Source: Dehalococcoidia bacterium
GTDB taxonomy: Bacteria; Chloroflexota; Dehalococcoidia; SHYB01
Reading direction: 5' to 3'
Assembly (NCBI GenBank): GCA_034421515.1
Contig: DAOUKH010000003.1
Location: 29,691-93,690 of the forward strand
Length of the DNA: 64,000 bases
Shown here: positions 38,554-48,884 of the stretch, in pieces
Layout of the letters: each line of letters starts with the position of its first letter
Position numbering within the stretch: the first letter of the stretch is position 1
Notes under the pieces: model-generated
The model's database searches: none
What the model saw: only the letters and a program-made list of their open reading frames with translations
What the model was told of the DNA's origin: nothing
Position numbers and translations under genes: made by a program

Positions 38554-39735
38554 CTACCCCCCGCCGAGGTAGTCGAGCGCCGTCGCCGCAAGGAGATGCG
38601 CCGCGGCGGGCAACACCGACTCGTCGAAGTCGAAGGCGGCGTTGTGGTGGCCTTGGGTGAGGCCGCGCGCCTCGTTGCGCGACCCCATCATGACGTAGCA
38701 GCCGGGGACGCGGTCGAGAAAGAAGGCCATGTCGTCGCCGAGCGCCGCCTGCTCGACGGAGGCGATGCTCTCGGGCCCGAGCTCGCGGGCGGCGACGCCG
38801 CGCACCAGCTCGGTCATCGCCTCGTCGTTGACCACGGGCGGCGCGAGGTACTCCGAGGTGAACTCGTAGTCGGCCCGCGCGGCAAGGCAGACGCCGCGCA
38901 CCACGTCCTCGGCGCGCTCGACGAGCGCGTCGCGCTGCGCGTGGTCGAACGTCCGCAGCGTCCCCTGCAACACCGCCTCGCCGGGAATGACGTTCCACGT
39001 CGTCCCCGCCTGGAGCGACGTGACGCTCAGGACGACGGGGCTCCCGAGGCGCGACTCGCGGCTCACCAGCGTCTGCAGAGCCAGCACGACCTGGGATGCC
39101 GCCGGGATGGGGTCGATGGTCTGATGCGGCGTCGCGGCATGGCCGCCCCGCCCCACGATCTTGATCCGCAGCCGGTCCACCGAGGCCCAGATCGGCCCCG
39201 CGCGCAGCCCGACGGCGCCGGCAGGTAAAAAATTCCACAGATGGAAGGCGAAGATGGCGTCCACCGGCGGGTCGGCGAGGACGCCGTCCTCGATCATCGC
39301 GGGGGCGCCGGCCGCCATCTCCTCCGCGGGCTGGAAGATGAACTTGACGTTCCCCGCCAGGTCGCCGCGCCGTTGGGCGAGCATCTCGGCCGCGGCAAGG
39401 ACCGCCGCGGTGTGGCCGTCGTGGCCTCAGGCATGCATCGCGCCGGCGTTGACCGACCGGTAGTCGACGTCGTTCGCCTCCTCGATGGGGAGGGCGTCGA
39501 TGTCGGCGCGGAGGGCGACGGTCTTGCCCGGCCGCGCGCCGCGCAGCAGCCCGACGACGCCGGTCTGCCCCACGCCGGTGCGCACGTCGAGGCCCAGCGC
39601 TTCGAGCCGCTCGGCGATGATCCCGGCGGTGCGCGTCTCCTTGAAGGCGAGCTCGGGGTGCGCGTGGAGGTCGCGGCGGAGGGCCACGATCTGCGGCGCG
39701 AGTGCGGCGGCCTCGTCGGCGAGGTTGGTAGCCAT
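38554..39735 (-). CDS. M20D-family amidohydrolase (hippurate/aminoacylase-like) with in-frame UGA (candidate Sec) at 39427-39429
   Basis: ORFs 39427..39735 and 38554..39384 share one frame. Joined translation reads ...RSVNAGAMHA-U-GHDGHTAAVLAAAEML...; the UGA sits at the metal-ligand Cys of the M20D MHACGHDxH motif. The rest of the protein is intact. Confidence 0.65.
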
Positions 39736-39865
39736 GAGCGGTCCTTTCCGGGGTGAGAAAGCGGCGGGCGCGGGCCGGAAAAACGCCCCTACTATGATAG
39801 AGTTAGAGCCCGGTTAGGCAAGCCGGAACGGGCCGCCGTCACAGCCGCGAAGACTTGGAGGAAAC

Positions 39866-40879
<1,014 letters not shown>

Positions 40880-40884
40880 CGCAA

Positions 40885-41070
40885 GCGGGAGCCATCCCCC
40901 TCCCGTAGGGGCACCTCTTGTGGGTGCCCGTCCCCTCCCCGGTAGGGGCGAGTCGCGACTCGCCCGCTCCCCAACACCCACCGCCCCCTCTGGGGGAGAC
41001 TGAGAGAGGGCACGCGCCGCAGGCGCGTCGGCGGTGTGGCGCCGGGAGGTCCTACCCCCTCCCCCCACCC
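40885..41070. repeat. composite palindromic intergenic repeat (copy downstream of gap)
   Basis: gtaggggcaNCtcttgtgNgtgccc hairpin module plus ccccctctgggggagactgagagagggcacgcgccgcaggcgcg module. Confidence 0.6.
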
Positions 41071-41124
41071 ATGGACACGCTACACATACACCCTAGACAT
41101 TAGTAACGGTTCTCGTTAGCATAG

Positions 41125-41409
41125 TTGGTGGTGGATCGGTTCCGAGATAGAGATGCACAGCGCCTCTTCGGCGGGCAAGGCGTTCGACGATTACCGGCCG
41201 ACATCCAACGCCGCGCTCGCATGCGGTTGCAACGTGTGGTAGCGGCTACAGCGCTCGCCGACCTTCGCCTGCCGCCGTCCCACCGGTTGGAGGCCCTTCG
41301 GGGAGATCGGGCAGGGCAACACAGCATCCGCATCAATGACCAGTGGCGCGTGTGCTTTGTCTGGACGGACCGGGGCGCAATGGAGATCGAAGTCACCGAC
41401 TACCACTGA
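41125..41409 (+). CDS. higB: HigB-like RelE/ParE-family toxin (killer protein)
   Basis: ...HSIRINDQWRVCFVWTDRGAMEIEVTDYH C-terminus typical of HigB; TTG/GTG start. Confidence 0.7.
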   Translation: MVVDRFRDRDAQRLFGGQGVRRLPADIQRRARMRLQRVVAATALADLRLPPSHRLEALRGDRAGQHSIRINDQWRVCFVWTDRGAMEIEVTDYH

Positions 41410-41421
41410 GGAGGAAAGCCT

Positions 41422-41718
41422 ATGGCCGACGCGGAACCCATCCATCCAGGAGAACATCTGGCGGAGATGTTGCAAGAGCTGGGCATCACCCAATACCGCC
41501 TTGCGAAGACGATCGGCGTGCCCCAGATCCGCATTCACGACATCGTCCACTGCCGCAGGTCGATCACTGCGGACACCGCGCTTCGGATCGGCCAAGCACT
41601 GGGAATGACGCCCGACTACTGGCTGAACCTCCAGCGGATGTACGACCTCGACGTGGCCCGCACCAAGACCGACGTCAGCGCCATCGAACCGCTCGTCGAG
41701 GCGTCCACCGTCCCCTAG
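41422..41718 (+). CDS. higA: HigA-family antitoxin (XRE helix-turn-helix)
   Basis: IHPGEHLAEMLQELGITQYRLAKTIGVPQIRIHDIVHCRRSITADTALRIGQALGMTPDYWLNLQ. Confidence 0.75.
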   Translation: MADAEPIHPGEHLAEMLQELGITQYRLAKTIGVPQIRIHDIVHCRRSITADTALRIGQALGMTPDYWLNLQRMYDLDVARTKTDVSAIEPLVEASTVP

Positions 41719-43067
41719 TGCTTGAAATGCCGCGCGCCGGTGAACACCATCGCCAGCCCCGCCGCGTCGGCGGCGGCGATGACCTCCTCGTCGCGGATGG
41801 AGCCGCCCGGCTGGACGATAGCCGTGACCCCGCCCTCGGCGGCGGCTTCGACGCCGTCGGCGAAGGGGAAGAAGGCGTCGGACGCCGCCACGCATCCCTG
41901 GGCCTCGTCGCCGGCGGCTCGCAAGGCGAGGTGCACGCTGGTCACCCGGTTCGGCTGGCCCGCGCCCATGCCGCGCAGCGCCCGCTCCTTGGTGAGCACG
42001 ATGGCGTTGGACTTCACGTGCTTCACCGCACGCCACGCGAAGGCGAGCTCGGCAAGCTCATCGGTTGAAGGAGCGCGGCCGGTGACGACCCGCCACGACT
42101 TCGGGTTCTCGGGAAGCTCGTCCGGCGTCTGCACCAGCATGCCGCCCGCCACACGCCGGTAGTCGAGCGGCGGCGGGCCTTCCGCGCCGCCCATGATCTC
42201 CAGGATGCGCAGGTCGCGCTTCTTTCGCAGCAGCGCCAATGCGTCGGTCTGGAACGAGGGGGCGATGACGATCTCGAAGAAGATCTTGCGCATCTCCTCC
42301 GCGGCGGCAAGGGTCAGCTCGCGGTTGCAGGCGACGATCCCGCCGAAGGCGGAGACGGGGTCGCCGGCGAAGGCAAGTCGGTAGGCCTCCGCCTGATTGC
42401 CGCGCGAGGCGAGGCCGCAGGGGTTGGTGTGCTTGACGATGGCGAAGGTCTGCTCCTCAAAGTCGCGGGCAACGGACCACGCCGCGTCGGCGTCGATGAT
42501 GTTGTTGTGGGAAAGCTCCTTGCCGTGCAGCTGCTTCGCCGTCGCGATGACGCCGCCCCGCGCCGGCAGCTCCTGGTAGAACGCCGACTTCTGATGCGGG
42601 TTCTCCCCGTAGCGCAGGCTCTGCAGCCGCCGCAGGCCGATGACGAGGTCGGGCCCCAGCGTGGGGTCGGAGGGGTCTTCCTCACCGCGTAGCGAGGCGG
42701 CCACCGACGCGTCGTAGGACGACACGTGCTGGAAGGCCTTGTGGGCCAGCATCCGGCGTTGGTCGAGCGAAAGCCCGCCGCCGGTCAGCGCGGTCGCGAC
42801 CCAAGGGTAGTCGTCGGGGTCGACGACCACGGCCACGGCGGCGAAGCGCTTGGCCGCGGCGCGCAGGAGCGCGGTGCCGCTGATGTCGATGTCCTCGACC
42901 GCGCCGGTGAACGGCCGCAGGTTCATCACCACGAGGCCGGACCCTTCGATCTCCTTGACCCCGACCGCCCTTCCGGCGGGAACGACGTCGAACCCGCCGA
43001 TCGTTCGCAGCCGGTCAAGGAAAACGGACAGTCCACGGTCGTCCCAAACCCCGACGATTGCCTTCAC
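41715..43067 (-). CDS. purH: bifunctional AICAR transformylase / IMP cyclohydrolase
   Basis: C-terminal AICARFT domain motifs (...ASDAFFPF..., IVQPGGSIRD); GTG start chosen at MKAIVGVWDDRGLSVF, matching the PurH MKRALISVSDKTG N-terminus; the IMP cyclohydrolase domain looks shorter than in E. coli. Confidence 0.8.
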   Translation of the reverse strand: MKAIVGVWDDRGLSVFLDRLRTIGGFDVVPAGRAVGVKEIEGSGLVVMNLRPFTGAVEDIDISGTALLRAAAKRFAAVAVVVDPDDYPWVATALTGGGLSLDQRRMLAHKAFQHVSSYDASVAASLRGEEDPSDPTLGPDLVIGLRRLQSLRYGENPHQKSAFYQELPARGGVIATAKQLHGKELSHNNIIDADAAWSVARDFEEQTFAIVKHTNPCGLASRGNQAEAYRLAFAGDPVSAFGGIVACNRELTLAAAEEMRKIFFEIVIAPSFQTDALALLRKKRDLRILEIMGGAEGPPPLDYRRVAGGMLVQTPDELPENPKSWRVVTGRAPSTDELAELAFAWRAVKHVKSNAIVLTKERALRGMGAGQPNRVTSVHLALRAAGDEAQGCVAASDAFFPFADGVEAAAEGGVTAIVQPGGSIRDEEVIAAADAAGLAMVFTGARHFKH

Positions 43068-43089
43068 GCCACGCTCCTGCCTCTCAACT

Positions 43090-43160
43090 AGCCAATCCTG
43101 TAGGGGCAACCCTTGTGGTTGCCCAGGGGTGGTCTCCGGGGAGCCACCCCGCCCCGTCCT
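43090..43160. repeat. partial copy of the gtaggggcaacccttgtggttgccc hairpin module (purH-purM spacer)
   Basis: ctgtaggggcaacccttgtggttgcccaggggtggtctccggggagcc; a near-identical copy occurs at 34625-34680. Confidence 0.55.
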
Positions 43161-44199
43161 ACCCCAGCAACACGCGCTCGTCCCCGCGCTGCTCGACGAC
43201 CTCACCAATGACGACCGCCTCGGGCGCCTGCTCCACGACCGCGCCCACGTGCTCCGGCGCGGTGAACACCGTCATCCCGATCCCCATGTTGAAGGCGCGC
43301 CACATCTCCTCGTCGGCGACGTCGCCCGCCCGCTGAATCATCCGAAAGATCTCGGGAACTTCCCACGCGGACCGGTCGAACCGCGCGGCGACCCCGTCGG
43401 GCAGGACGCGCGGCACGTTGCCGGGCAAGCCGCCGCCGGTAATGTGCGCCATGCCGCGAATCCACTCCAACGCCGGCTGCAACGGCTTCAGGTAGGAGCG
43501 GTGCGGTTCGAGGAGCGCCTCGCCCAGCGTGCCGCCAAGCGCGTCGTGGCGCTCGTCGAGCCGCGCCGGGTCGTCGTCGGTCCCCAGGGCGCGCCGGGCC
43601 AGGGTGTAGCCGTTGGTGTGCAGGCCGCTGGAGGGCAGACCCAGAATCGCGTCGCCCGGTCGAATGGCGCCGCCGTCGATGACCCCGTCCCGCTCGACGG
43701 CCCCGACGATGAAGCCGACGAGGTCGAAGTCGCCGCGCTTGTAGAGGCTGGGCAGCTCGGCGGTCTCCCCGCCGACCAGGGCGCAGTTGTTGTCGCGGCA
43801 GGCCGAGGCCACGCCCATGACGACGCGCTCGACCTGCTCGGGGTCGAGCTTGCCGATGCCGATGTAGTCGAGGAAGAAGAGCGGCTCCGCGCCGCCCACG
43901 AAGATGTCGTTGACGCAGTGGTTCACGAGATCGACGCCGATGGTGTCGAACCGCCCCATCTGTATGGCCAGCAGCACCTTCGTCCCCACGGAGTCGGTGC
44001 TGGAGACGAGCACCGGGTTGGCGTACCCGCCGAGTTGGAAGAGCCCGCCGAAGAAGCCGACACCGCCGACCACCTCAGGGCGGCGCGTCGAGGCCGCGAG
44101 TGGCTTGATGAGTGCGGCGGCCCGTTCGCCGGCGTCGATGTCGACCCCGGCGTCGGCGTAGGTCAGCGCGCCGGCGCTGCTCCCGGAACCCTTCCCCAT
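43159..44199 (-). CDS. purM: phosphoribosylformylglycinamidine cyclo-ligase (AIR synthase)
   Basis: 346 aa; PurM N- and C-domain signatures (GGLFQLGGYANPVLVSSTDSVGTK, HITGGGL). Confidence 0.9.
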   Translation of the reverse strand: MGKGSGSSAGALTYADAGVDIDAGERAAALIKPLAASTRRPEVVGGVGFFGGLFQLGGYANPVLVSSTDSVGTKVLLAIQMGRFDTIGVDLVNHCVNDIFVGGAEPLFFLDYIGIGKLDPEQVERVVMGVASACRDNNCALVGGETAELPSLYKRGDFDLVGFIVGAVERDGVIDGGAIRPGDAILGLPSSGLHTNGYTLARRALGTDDDPARLDERHDALGGTLGEALLEPHRSYLKPLQPALEWIRGMAHITGGGLPGNVPRVLPDGVAARFDRSAWEVPEIFRMIQRAGDVADEEMWRAFNMGIGMTVFTAPEHVGAVVEQAPEAVVIGEVVEQRGDERVLLG

Positions 44200-44205
44200 C
44201 GTCGG

Positions 44206-45618
44206 CTACACCGTTTCCAGCGCGAACTTGTCGAGCTCAAGCTGGACGGGAATGGGGTACCGGCCGGTGAAGCAGGCCTTGCAGAAGCGCGACCCGTTGT
44301 TCGTCGCGCCCTCGCCCTCGACGACCTTCGAGAGCCCCTCCACGCTGAGGTAGCCCAGCGAGTCGGCGCCGATGGTCCGGCGTATCTGCTCGACCGAAGT
44401 CTTCGCCGCGATCAGCTCGCTCCGGGTCGCCATGTCGACGCCGAAGTGGCACGGCCAGCGGATCGGCGGAGCGCAGACCCGCACGTGCACCTCCGCCGCG
44501 CCGGAGCGCCGGACGAGGTTCACCACGTGGGGCGTCGTCGTGCCCCGCACGATGCTGTCATCGACGAGCACGACGCGCTTATCGCGCACGACTTCCGGCA
44601 GGGGGTTGAACTTGAGCGCGACGCCGCGGTCGCGCAGCCCCTGGTCGGGCTGGATGAACGTCCGGCCCACGTACCGGTTCTTGACCAGGATGTCGCTGTA
44701 GGGAATGCCCGACTCGCGGGCGTAGCCGAGGCCGGCGGCGGTGGCCGAGTCGGGGACGCCCGTCACCAGGTCGGCCTCGACGGGATGCTCCTTGGCAAGC
44801 TGCGCGCCCATCGCCTCCCGCTGCTGGTAGATCAGCGCGTCGCCGGCCATGCTGTCGGGCCGGGAGAAGTAGATGTTCTCGAAGACGCACGAGGCGCGCT
44901 TCTTGCTCGGGGCCGCCTGCCACAGGTGGAGCCCGTTCTGGTCGATGACCAGCGCCTCGCCGGGATGCATCTCACGCTCGAGCTTGGCGCCCAGGTGGTC
45001 GAGGGCGCACGTCTCGGACGCGACGACCCATCCGTCGTTGTAGCGCCCAAAGCACAGTGGCCGGACGCCCAACGGGTCGCGGCACGCGATAAGGGCGTCC
45101 TCCGTGGCGATGGTGAGGCTGTACGCCCCCCGGAGCCGTCCCATGGCGTAGCGCACGCGCTCCTGCCAATCGTTCCCGGGAGCCGTCGCGATCATCCAGG
45201 CGATGACCTCGGAGTCGGTCGCCGTCTGGAAGACGACGCCTTCCTTTTCGAGGCCCCGCCGCAGCTCCAGCGCGTTGACCACGTTGCCGTTGTGCGCCAG
45301 GGCCAGCGGTCCCCACGGCCCCTTCACGAGCAACGGCTGCGCGTTGTGCGCCCGGCTCGACCCGGTCGTCGAGTAGCGGGTGTGCCCGATCGCGAGGTGG
45401 CCGGTGAGGCGTTCCAGGTCGTGTTCGTCGAAGGCCTGGTTCACCAGCCCCATGCTGGTATGCAGGTGAAGGCGGGAGCCGTCGCCGGTGGCGATGCCCG
45501 CGCTCTCCTGACCTCGGTGCTGGAGAGCGTAGATCCCGAAGAAGGTGATGCGGGATACGTCTTCGCCGGGGGCGTAGACGCCAAAGACGCCGCAACTCTC
45601 CTTTAGGCCTTCGAGCAC
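44206..45618 (-). CDS. purF: amidophosphoribosyltransferase
   Basis: N-terminal CGVFG Ntn-glutaminase start, PRTase motif VVLVDDSIVRGTT, C-terminal Cys cluster. Confidence 0.9.
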   Translation of the reverse strand: MLEGLKESCGVFGVYAPGEDVSRITFFGIYALQHRGQESAGIATGDGSRLHLHTSMGLVNQAFDEHDLERLTGHLAIGHTRYSTTGSSRAHNAQPLLVKGPWGPLALAHNGNVVNALELRRGLEKEGVVFQTATDSEVIAWMIATAPGNDWQERVRYAMGRLRGAYSLTIATEDALIACRDPLGVRPLCFGRYNDGWVVASETCALDHLGAKLEREMHPGEALVIDQNGLHLWQAAPSKKRASCVFENIYFSRPDSMAGDALIYQQREAMGAQLAKEHPVEADLVTGVPDSATAAGLGYARESGIPYSDILVKNRYVGRTFIQPDQGLRDRGVALKFNPLPEVVRDKRVVLVDDSIVRGTTTPHVVNLVRRSGAAEVHVRVCAPPIRWPCHFGVDMATRSELIAAKTSVEQIRRTIGADSLGYLSVEGLSKVVEGEGATNNGSRFCKACFTGRYPIPVQLELDKFALETV

Positions 45619-45734
45619 GTGTTCCTTAACTGCGCCATCGCAAGCGTACGGGCAGGAATCGAAGCCACCAGGAACGGGACTTCAGTATGTCACAACCCAC
45701 CCAACTGTCAAGCGAAACAGCCGCGATTCCCCTC

Positions 45735-45995
45735 AACGCCCTCCCCCTGTAGGGGCGATTCACGAATCGCCCGTCCCCTCTGGGCGAACACCTTAAGCCT
45801 CCCTCCCTCTGGGAGGGACTGAGGGCGGGCACGCGCCTGGCCCGTCGGCGGGCCGGTCTCCCCCCTGTCCCGCACCTTAAGCCTCTCCCCCTCTGGGGGA
45901 GACTGAGAGAGGGCGCGCGCCGCCAGGCGCGCGGCGCCCAAAGGGCGCCCTCCGGCGTCCCCTCCCCACCCAAAAGAAGAGCGCCCCTTCCGGGG
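45735..45995. repeat. composite palindromic intergenic repeat, two tandem units (between purF and oppF-like)
   Basis: ccttaagcctccctccctctgggagggactgagggcgggcacgcgcc... followed by ccttaagcctctccccctctgggggagactgagagagggcgcgcgccgccaggcgcg. Confidence 0.65.
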
Positions 45996-46026
45996 CGCCC
46001 TCGCATACAACCGAACGTCGAATGCC

Positions 46027-47073
46027 CTACACGCGGTGACAGGCCACGAAGTGGTCCTTGCCCATCTCCCGCCACTCCGGTATCTCCGCCTTGCAGACGT
46101 CGATGGCGATGGGGCAGCGCGTGTGGAAGACGCACCCCGTCGGGGGATTCAGCGGGCTCGGGACGTCGCCTTCGAGCACGATACGCTCCCGCTTCGCCTC
46201 CACCACCGGGTCGGGGACGGGGACCGCGGAGAGCAGCGCCTTGGTGTACGGGTGCAGCGGGTTCTCGTAGAGCTCGTTCCGGTCGGCGAGCTCCATGACC
46301 TTGCCCAGGTACATGACCGCGACCCGGTCGCTGATATGCCGTACGACGGCGAGGTCGTGGGCGATGAACAGGTAGGTCAGGCCGAACTGCGACTGAAGCT
46401 CTTCCAGCAGGTTGATGATCTGCGCCTGAATCGATACGTCGAGCGCCGAGACCGGCTCGTCGCAGACGATCAGGTCGGGCTGCACCGCCAGCGCCCGGGC
46501 GACGCCGATGCGCTGCCGCTGCCCGCCGGAGAACTCGTGCGGGTAGCGGTCCTTCATATGCGGGTTCAGTCCCACCGTCGTGAGCAGCTCTTCGACCCGC
46601 GCGTCCCGCTCTTCCTTCGTCTCCGCCAGGTTGTGGATGACCAGCGGCTCGCCGATGATGCCGCCCGCGGTCATGCGGGGATTCAGGGAGCCGTACGGGT
46701 CCTGGAAGATGATCTGCATCCTCTGCCGCATCGGCCGCATCTCGGCCGGACGCAGCGCGGTGAGGTCGCGCCCCTCGTAGACCACCGAGCCATCGGTGGG
46801 TTCGTAGAGCTGGAGAATGGCGCGGCCCGTAGTCGTCTTGCCGCAGCCGCTCTCGCCCACAAGGCCCAGCGTCTCGCCCCGGTTGATGTGGAAGCTGACG
46901 TCGTCGACGGCCTTGATGTCGGCGATCTTCCGCTGGAAGACGATCCCCTGCGTCACCGGGAAGTACATCTTGAGGTTGCGCACCTCAAGCAGCACCTCGC
47001 CGGTGTCGGTCGAGCGCTCGCCGTTTCCGGCGGTATCTTGCGTGACTTCTTCGGTAGCGGCTTCCTGCGTCAT
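46027..47073 (-). CDS. oligopeptide/dipeptide ABC transporter ATP-binding protein (OppF/DppF-like)
   Basis: Walker [19 protein letters not shown]-terminal oligopeptide-type extension with Cys residues. Confidence 0.85.
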   Translation of the reverse strand: MTQEAATEEVTQDTAGNGERSTDTGEVLLEVRNLKMYFPVTQGIVFQRKIADIKAVDDVSFHINRGETLGLVGESGCGKTTTGRAILQLYEPTDGSVVYEGRDLTALRPAEMRPMRQRMQIIFQDPYGSLNPRMTAGGIIGEPLVIHNLAETKEERDARVEELLTTVGLNPHMKDRYPHEFSGGQRQRIGVARALAVQPDLIVCDEPVSALDVSIQAQIINLLEELQSQFGLTYLFIAHDLAVVRHISDRVAVMYLGKVMELADRNELYENPLHPYTKALLSAVPVPDPVVEAKRERIVLEGDVPSPLNPPTGCVFHTRCPIAIDVCKAEIPEWREMGKDHFVACHRV

Positions 47074-48122
47074 ACGGCCCTCGGCTTTCCTTCCTCCATG
47101 TCGTACCAGCAGGCGGTCCAGTGGTCATCGGCCACGGGGAACAAAGGCGGGTTCTCTTCCTGGCAACGATCGAACGCGTAGCGGCAGCGGGGAGCGAACG
47201 GGCACCCCGCGGGAAGGTTCGAGAGGTCGGGCGGCTGCCCTTCGATCGGCACCAGCCGCTGCCTCACCGTCTCGTCGAGGCGCGGCACCGACTGCAGCAA
47301 GCCCTCCGTGTAGGGATGGTGCGGGTCGCCGTACACCTTCTCCGCTGTCGAGGTCTCGACGATGTGGCCCGCGTACATCACGTTCACCCGGTCGGCGTGG
47401 CGGGCCACGACGCCCAGGTTGTGGGTGATGATCATGATCGAGGTGTTGAACTGCTGCGCCAGCTCGTTGATCACCTCCAGCACCTGGGCCTGAATCGTCA
47501 CGTCGAGCGCCGTCGTGGGCTCGTCCGCGATGATCAGCTTGGGGTCGCACGACAGCGCCATCGCGATCATCACGCGTTGCCGCATCCCGCCGCTGAACTG
47601 GTGCGGGTAATCGTCGACCCGTCGGGCGGCGTCGGGAATACCGACGATGTCGAGCAGCTCGATGGCCCGGTCTTTGGCGGCCTTCTTGTCGAGGTTCAGG
47701 TGCAACTCCAGGGTCTCGGTGAGCTGCCGGCTGATGGTCAGCACCGGGTTCAGCGAGGTCATCGGCTCCTGGAAGACCATCGAGATCTGGTTGCCGCGGA
47801 TGTTCCGGATCTGGTCCGGCGACATCTGCACCATGTCCTGGCCCTGGAACAGGATCTTCCCGCTGACGATCTTGCCCGGCGGCTCCGGAATCAGGCGCAT
47901 CACGGAGAGGGCGCTGACGCTCTTACCCGAGCCGCTTTCCCCCACGAGGGCGAGGGTCTCGCCTTCCTTCAGGTTCCAGTTCACGCCATCGACGGCCTTG
48001 ACCACCCCGGCGTGGGTATAGAAGTAGGTCCTGAGGTCCTGGACGTCGAGGAGCATGCCGTTGGACGACGCTCCGTTGGAACCGGTCGCGGCTTCTTCGA
48101 CTGCGGCTTCGTTGTCGGCCAC
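47070..48122 (-). CDS. oligopeptide/dipeptide ABC transporter ATP-binding protein (OppD/DppD-like)
   Basis: Walker [17 protein letters not shown]; overlaps the downstream gene by 4 nt. Confidence 0.85.
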   Translation of the reverse strand: MADNEAAVEEAATGSNGASSNGMLLDVQDLRTYFYTHAGVVKAVDGVNWNLKEGETLALVGESGSGKSVSALSVMRLIPEPPGKIVSGKILFQGQDMVQMSPDQIRNIRGNQISMVFQEPMTSLNPVLTISRQLTETLELHLNLDKKAAKDRAIELLDIVGIPDAARRVDDYPHQFSGGMRQRVMIAMALSCDPKLIIADEPTTALDVTIQAQVLEVINELAQQFNTSIMIITHNLGVVARHADRVNVMYAGHIVETSTAEKVYGDPHHPYTEGLLQSVPRLDETVRQRLVPIEGQPPDLSNLPAGCPFAPRCRYAFDRCQEENPPLFPVADDHWTACWYDMEEGKPRAV

Positions 48123-48243
48123 TTCCGACCTCCTCGCCTGGGCCTAGCGTAATCTGAGGGCGGACGCGTCCGGCGGCCGCCCGGCCCACCTTACCTTATA
48201 TCATGTTCGCGCGTAACGTGCTCGCCGTGTGGAAGTCGAGAAG

Positions 48244-48325
48244 TGGGGAAGAGGAGACTCGAACTCCTACGCCTTTCGGCACATGATCCTAAATCATGCT
48301 CGTCTGCCAATTCCGACACTTCCCC
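48244..48325 (-). tRNA. tRNA-Leu (UAG)
   Basis: Minus strand: GGGGAAG...anticodon loop uuUAGga...long variable arm...CTTCCCC-A; no encoded CCA. Confidence 0.8.
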
Positions 48326-48362
48326 ATCGCGGGCCCCGGCCCAGCGTCCGAGCCTGGCGCGA

Positions 48363-48438
48363 TGGTGAGCCGCACAGGACTCGAACCTGTAACCTACTGA
48401 TTAAGAGTCAGTTGCTCTACCAATTGAGCTAGCGGCCC
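48363..48438 (-). tRNA. tRNA-Lys (CUU)
   Basis: Minus strand: GGGCCGCTAGCTCAATTGGTAGAGCAACTGACTCTTAATCAGTAGGTTACAGGTTCGAGTCCTGTGCGGCTCACCA. Confidence 0.85.
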
Positions 48439-48519
48439 CCGGACCCACCCGGTGGAGCGCGGAGCGTAGCACACGCCTCCATACCGGTCAATCCGTTGCG
48501 CAACCCCTGTTGGCGTGGG

Positions 48520-48845
48520 TCATTTCCGGCGCCTCGCCGTAGGGGCAACCCTCGTAGACTGGCCGAACACCTTAAGCCTCCCTCCCTCCGGGAGGGACTG
48601 AGGGAGGGCACGGGCCGGGAGGTCTCACCCCTTCTCCCCACGGGAGAAGGTTGGGATGAGGGGCCCCGCGTCAACCACCGGCGCCCTAGCAAAGAACGCC
48701 GACTCGGAGCGCCATCCTCGGGCCTGTCTCCCCTCTGGCGCCCCCTTAAACCTCTCCCCCGCTGGGGGAGACTGAGAGAGGGCACGCGCCGCAGGCGCGT
48801 CGGAGGGCGGGGGCCGGGAGGACGGTATGCTTTGGGCGAGCCCCA
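48520..48845. repeat. composite palindromic intergenic repeat, two units (downstream of tRNA-Lys)
   Basis: Same modules as above: gtaggggcaaccctcgtag..., ccttaagcctccctccctccgggagggactgagggagggcacg..., ccttaaacctctcccccgctgggggagactgagagagggcacgcgccgcaggcgcg. Confidence 0.65.
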
Positions 48846-48884
48846 GGGTCGCCTGGGGTGTCGGCGAACTGAGGCAGTGACAGC

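Noticed and set aside
48230-48440. Checked the tRNA-Leu/tRNA-Lys pair for an adjacent integrase or attL/attR duplication that would define an intact mobile element
   Set aside because: No integrase, recombinase or transposase ORF is present between the tRNAs and the terminase module, and I could not see a direct repeat of the tRNA 3' end. The region is therefore treated as a remnant, not an intact island.
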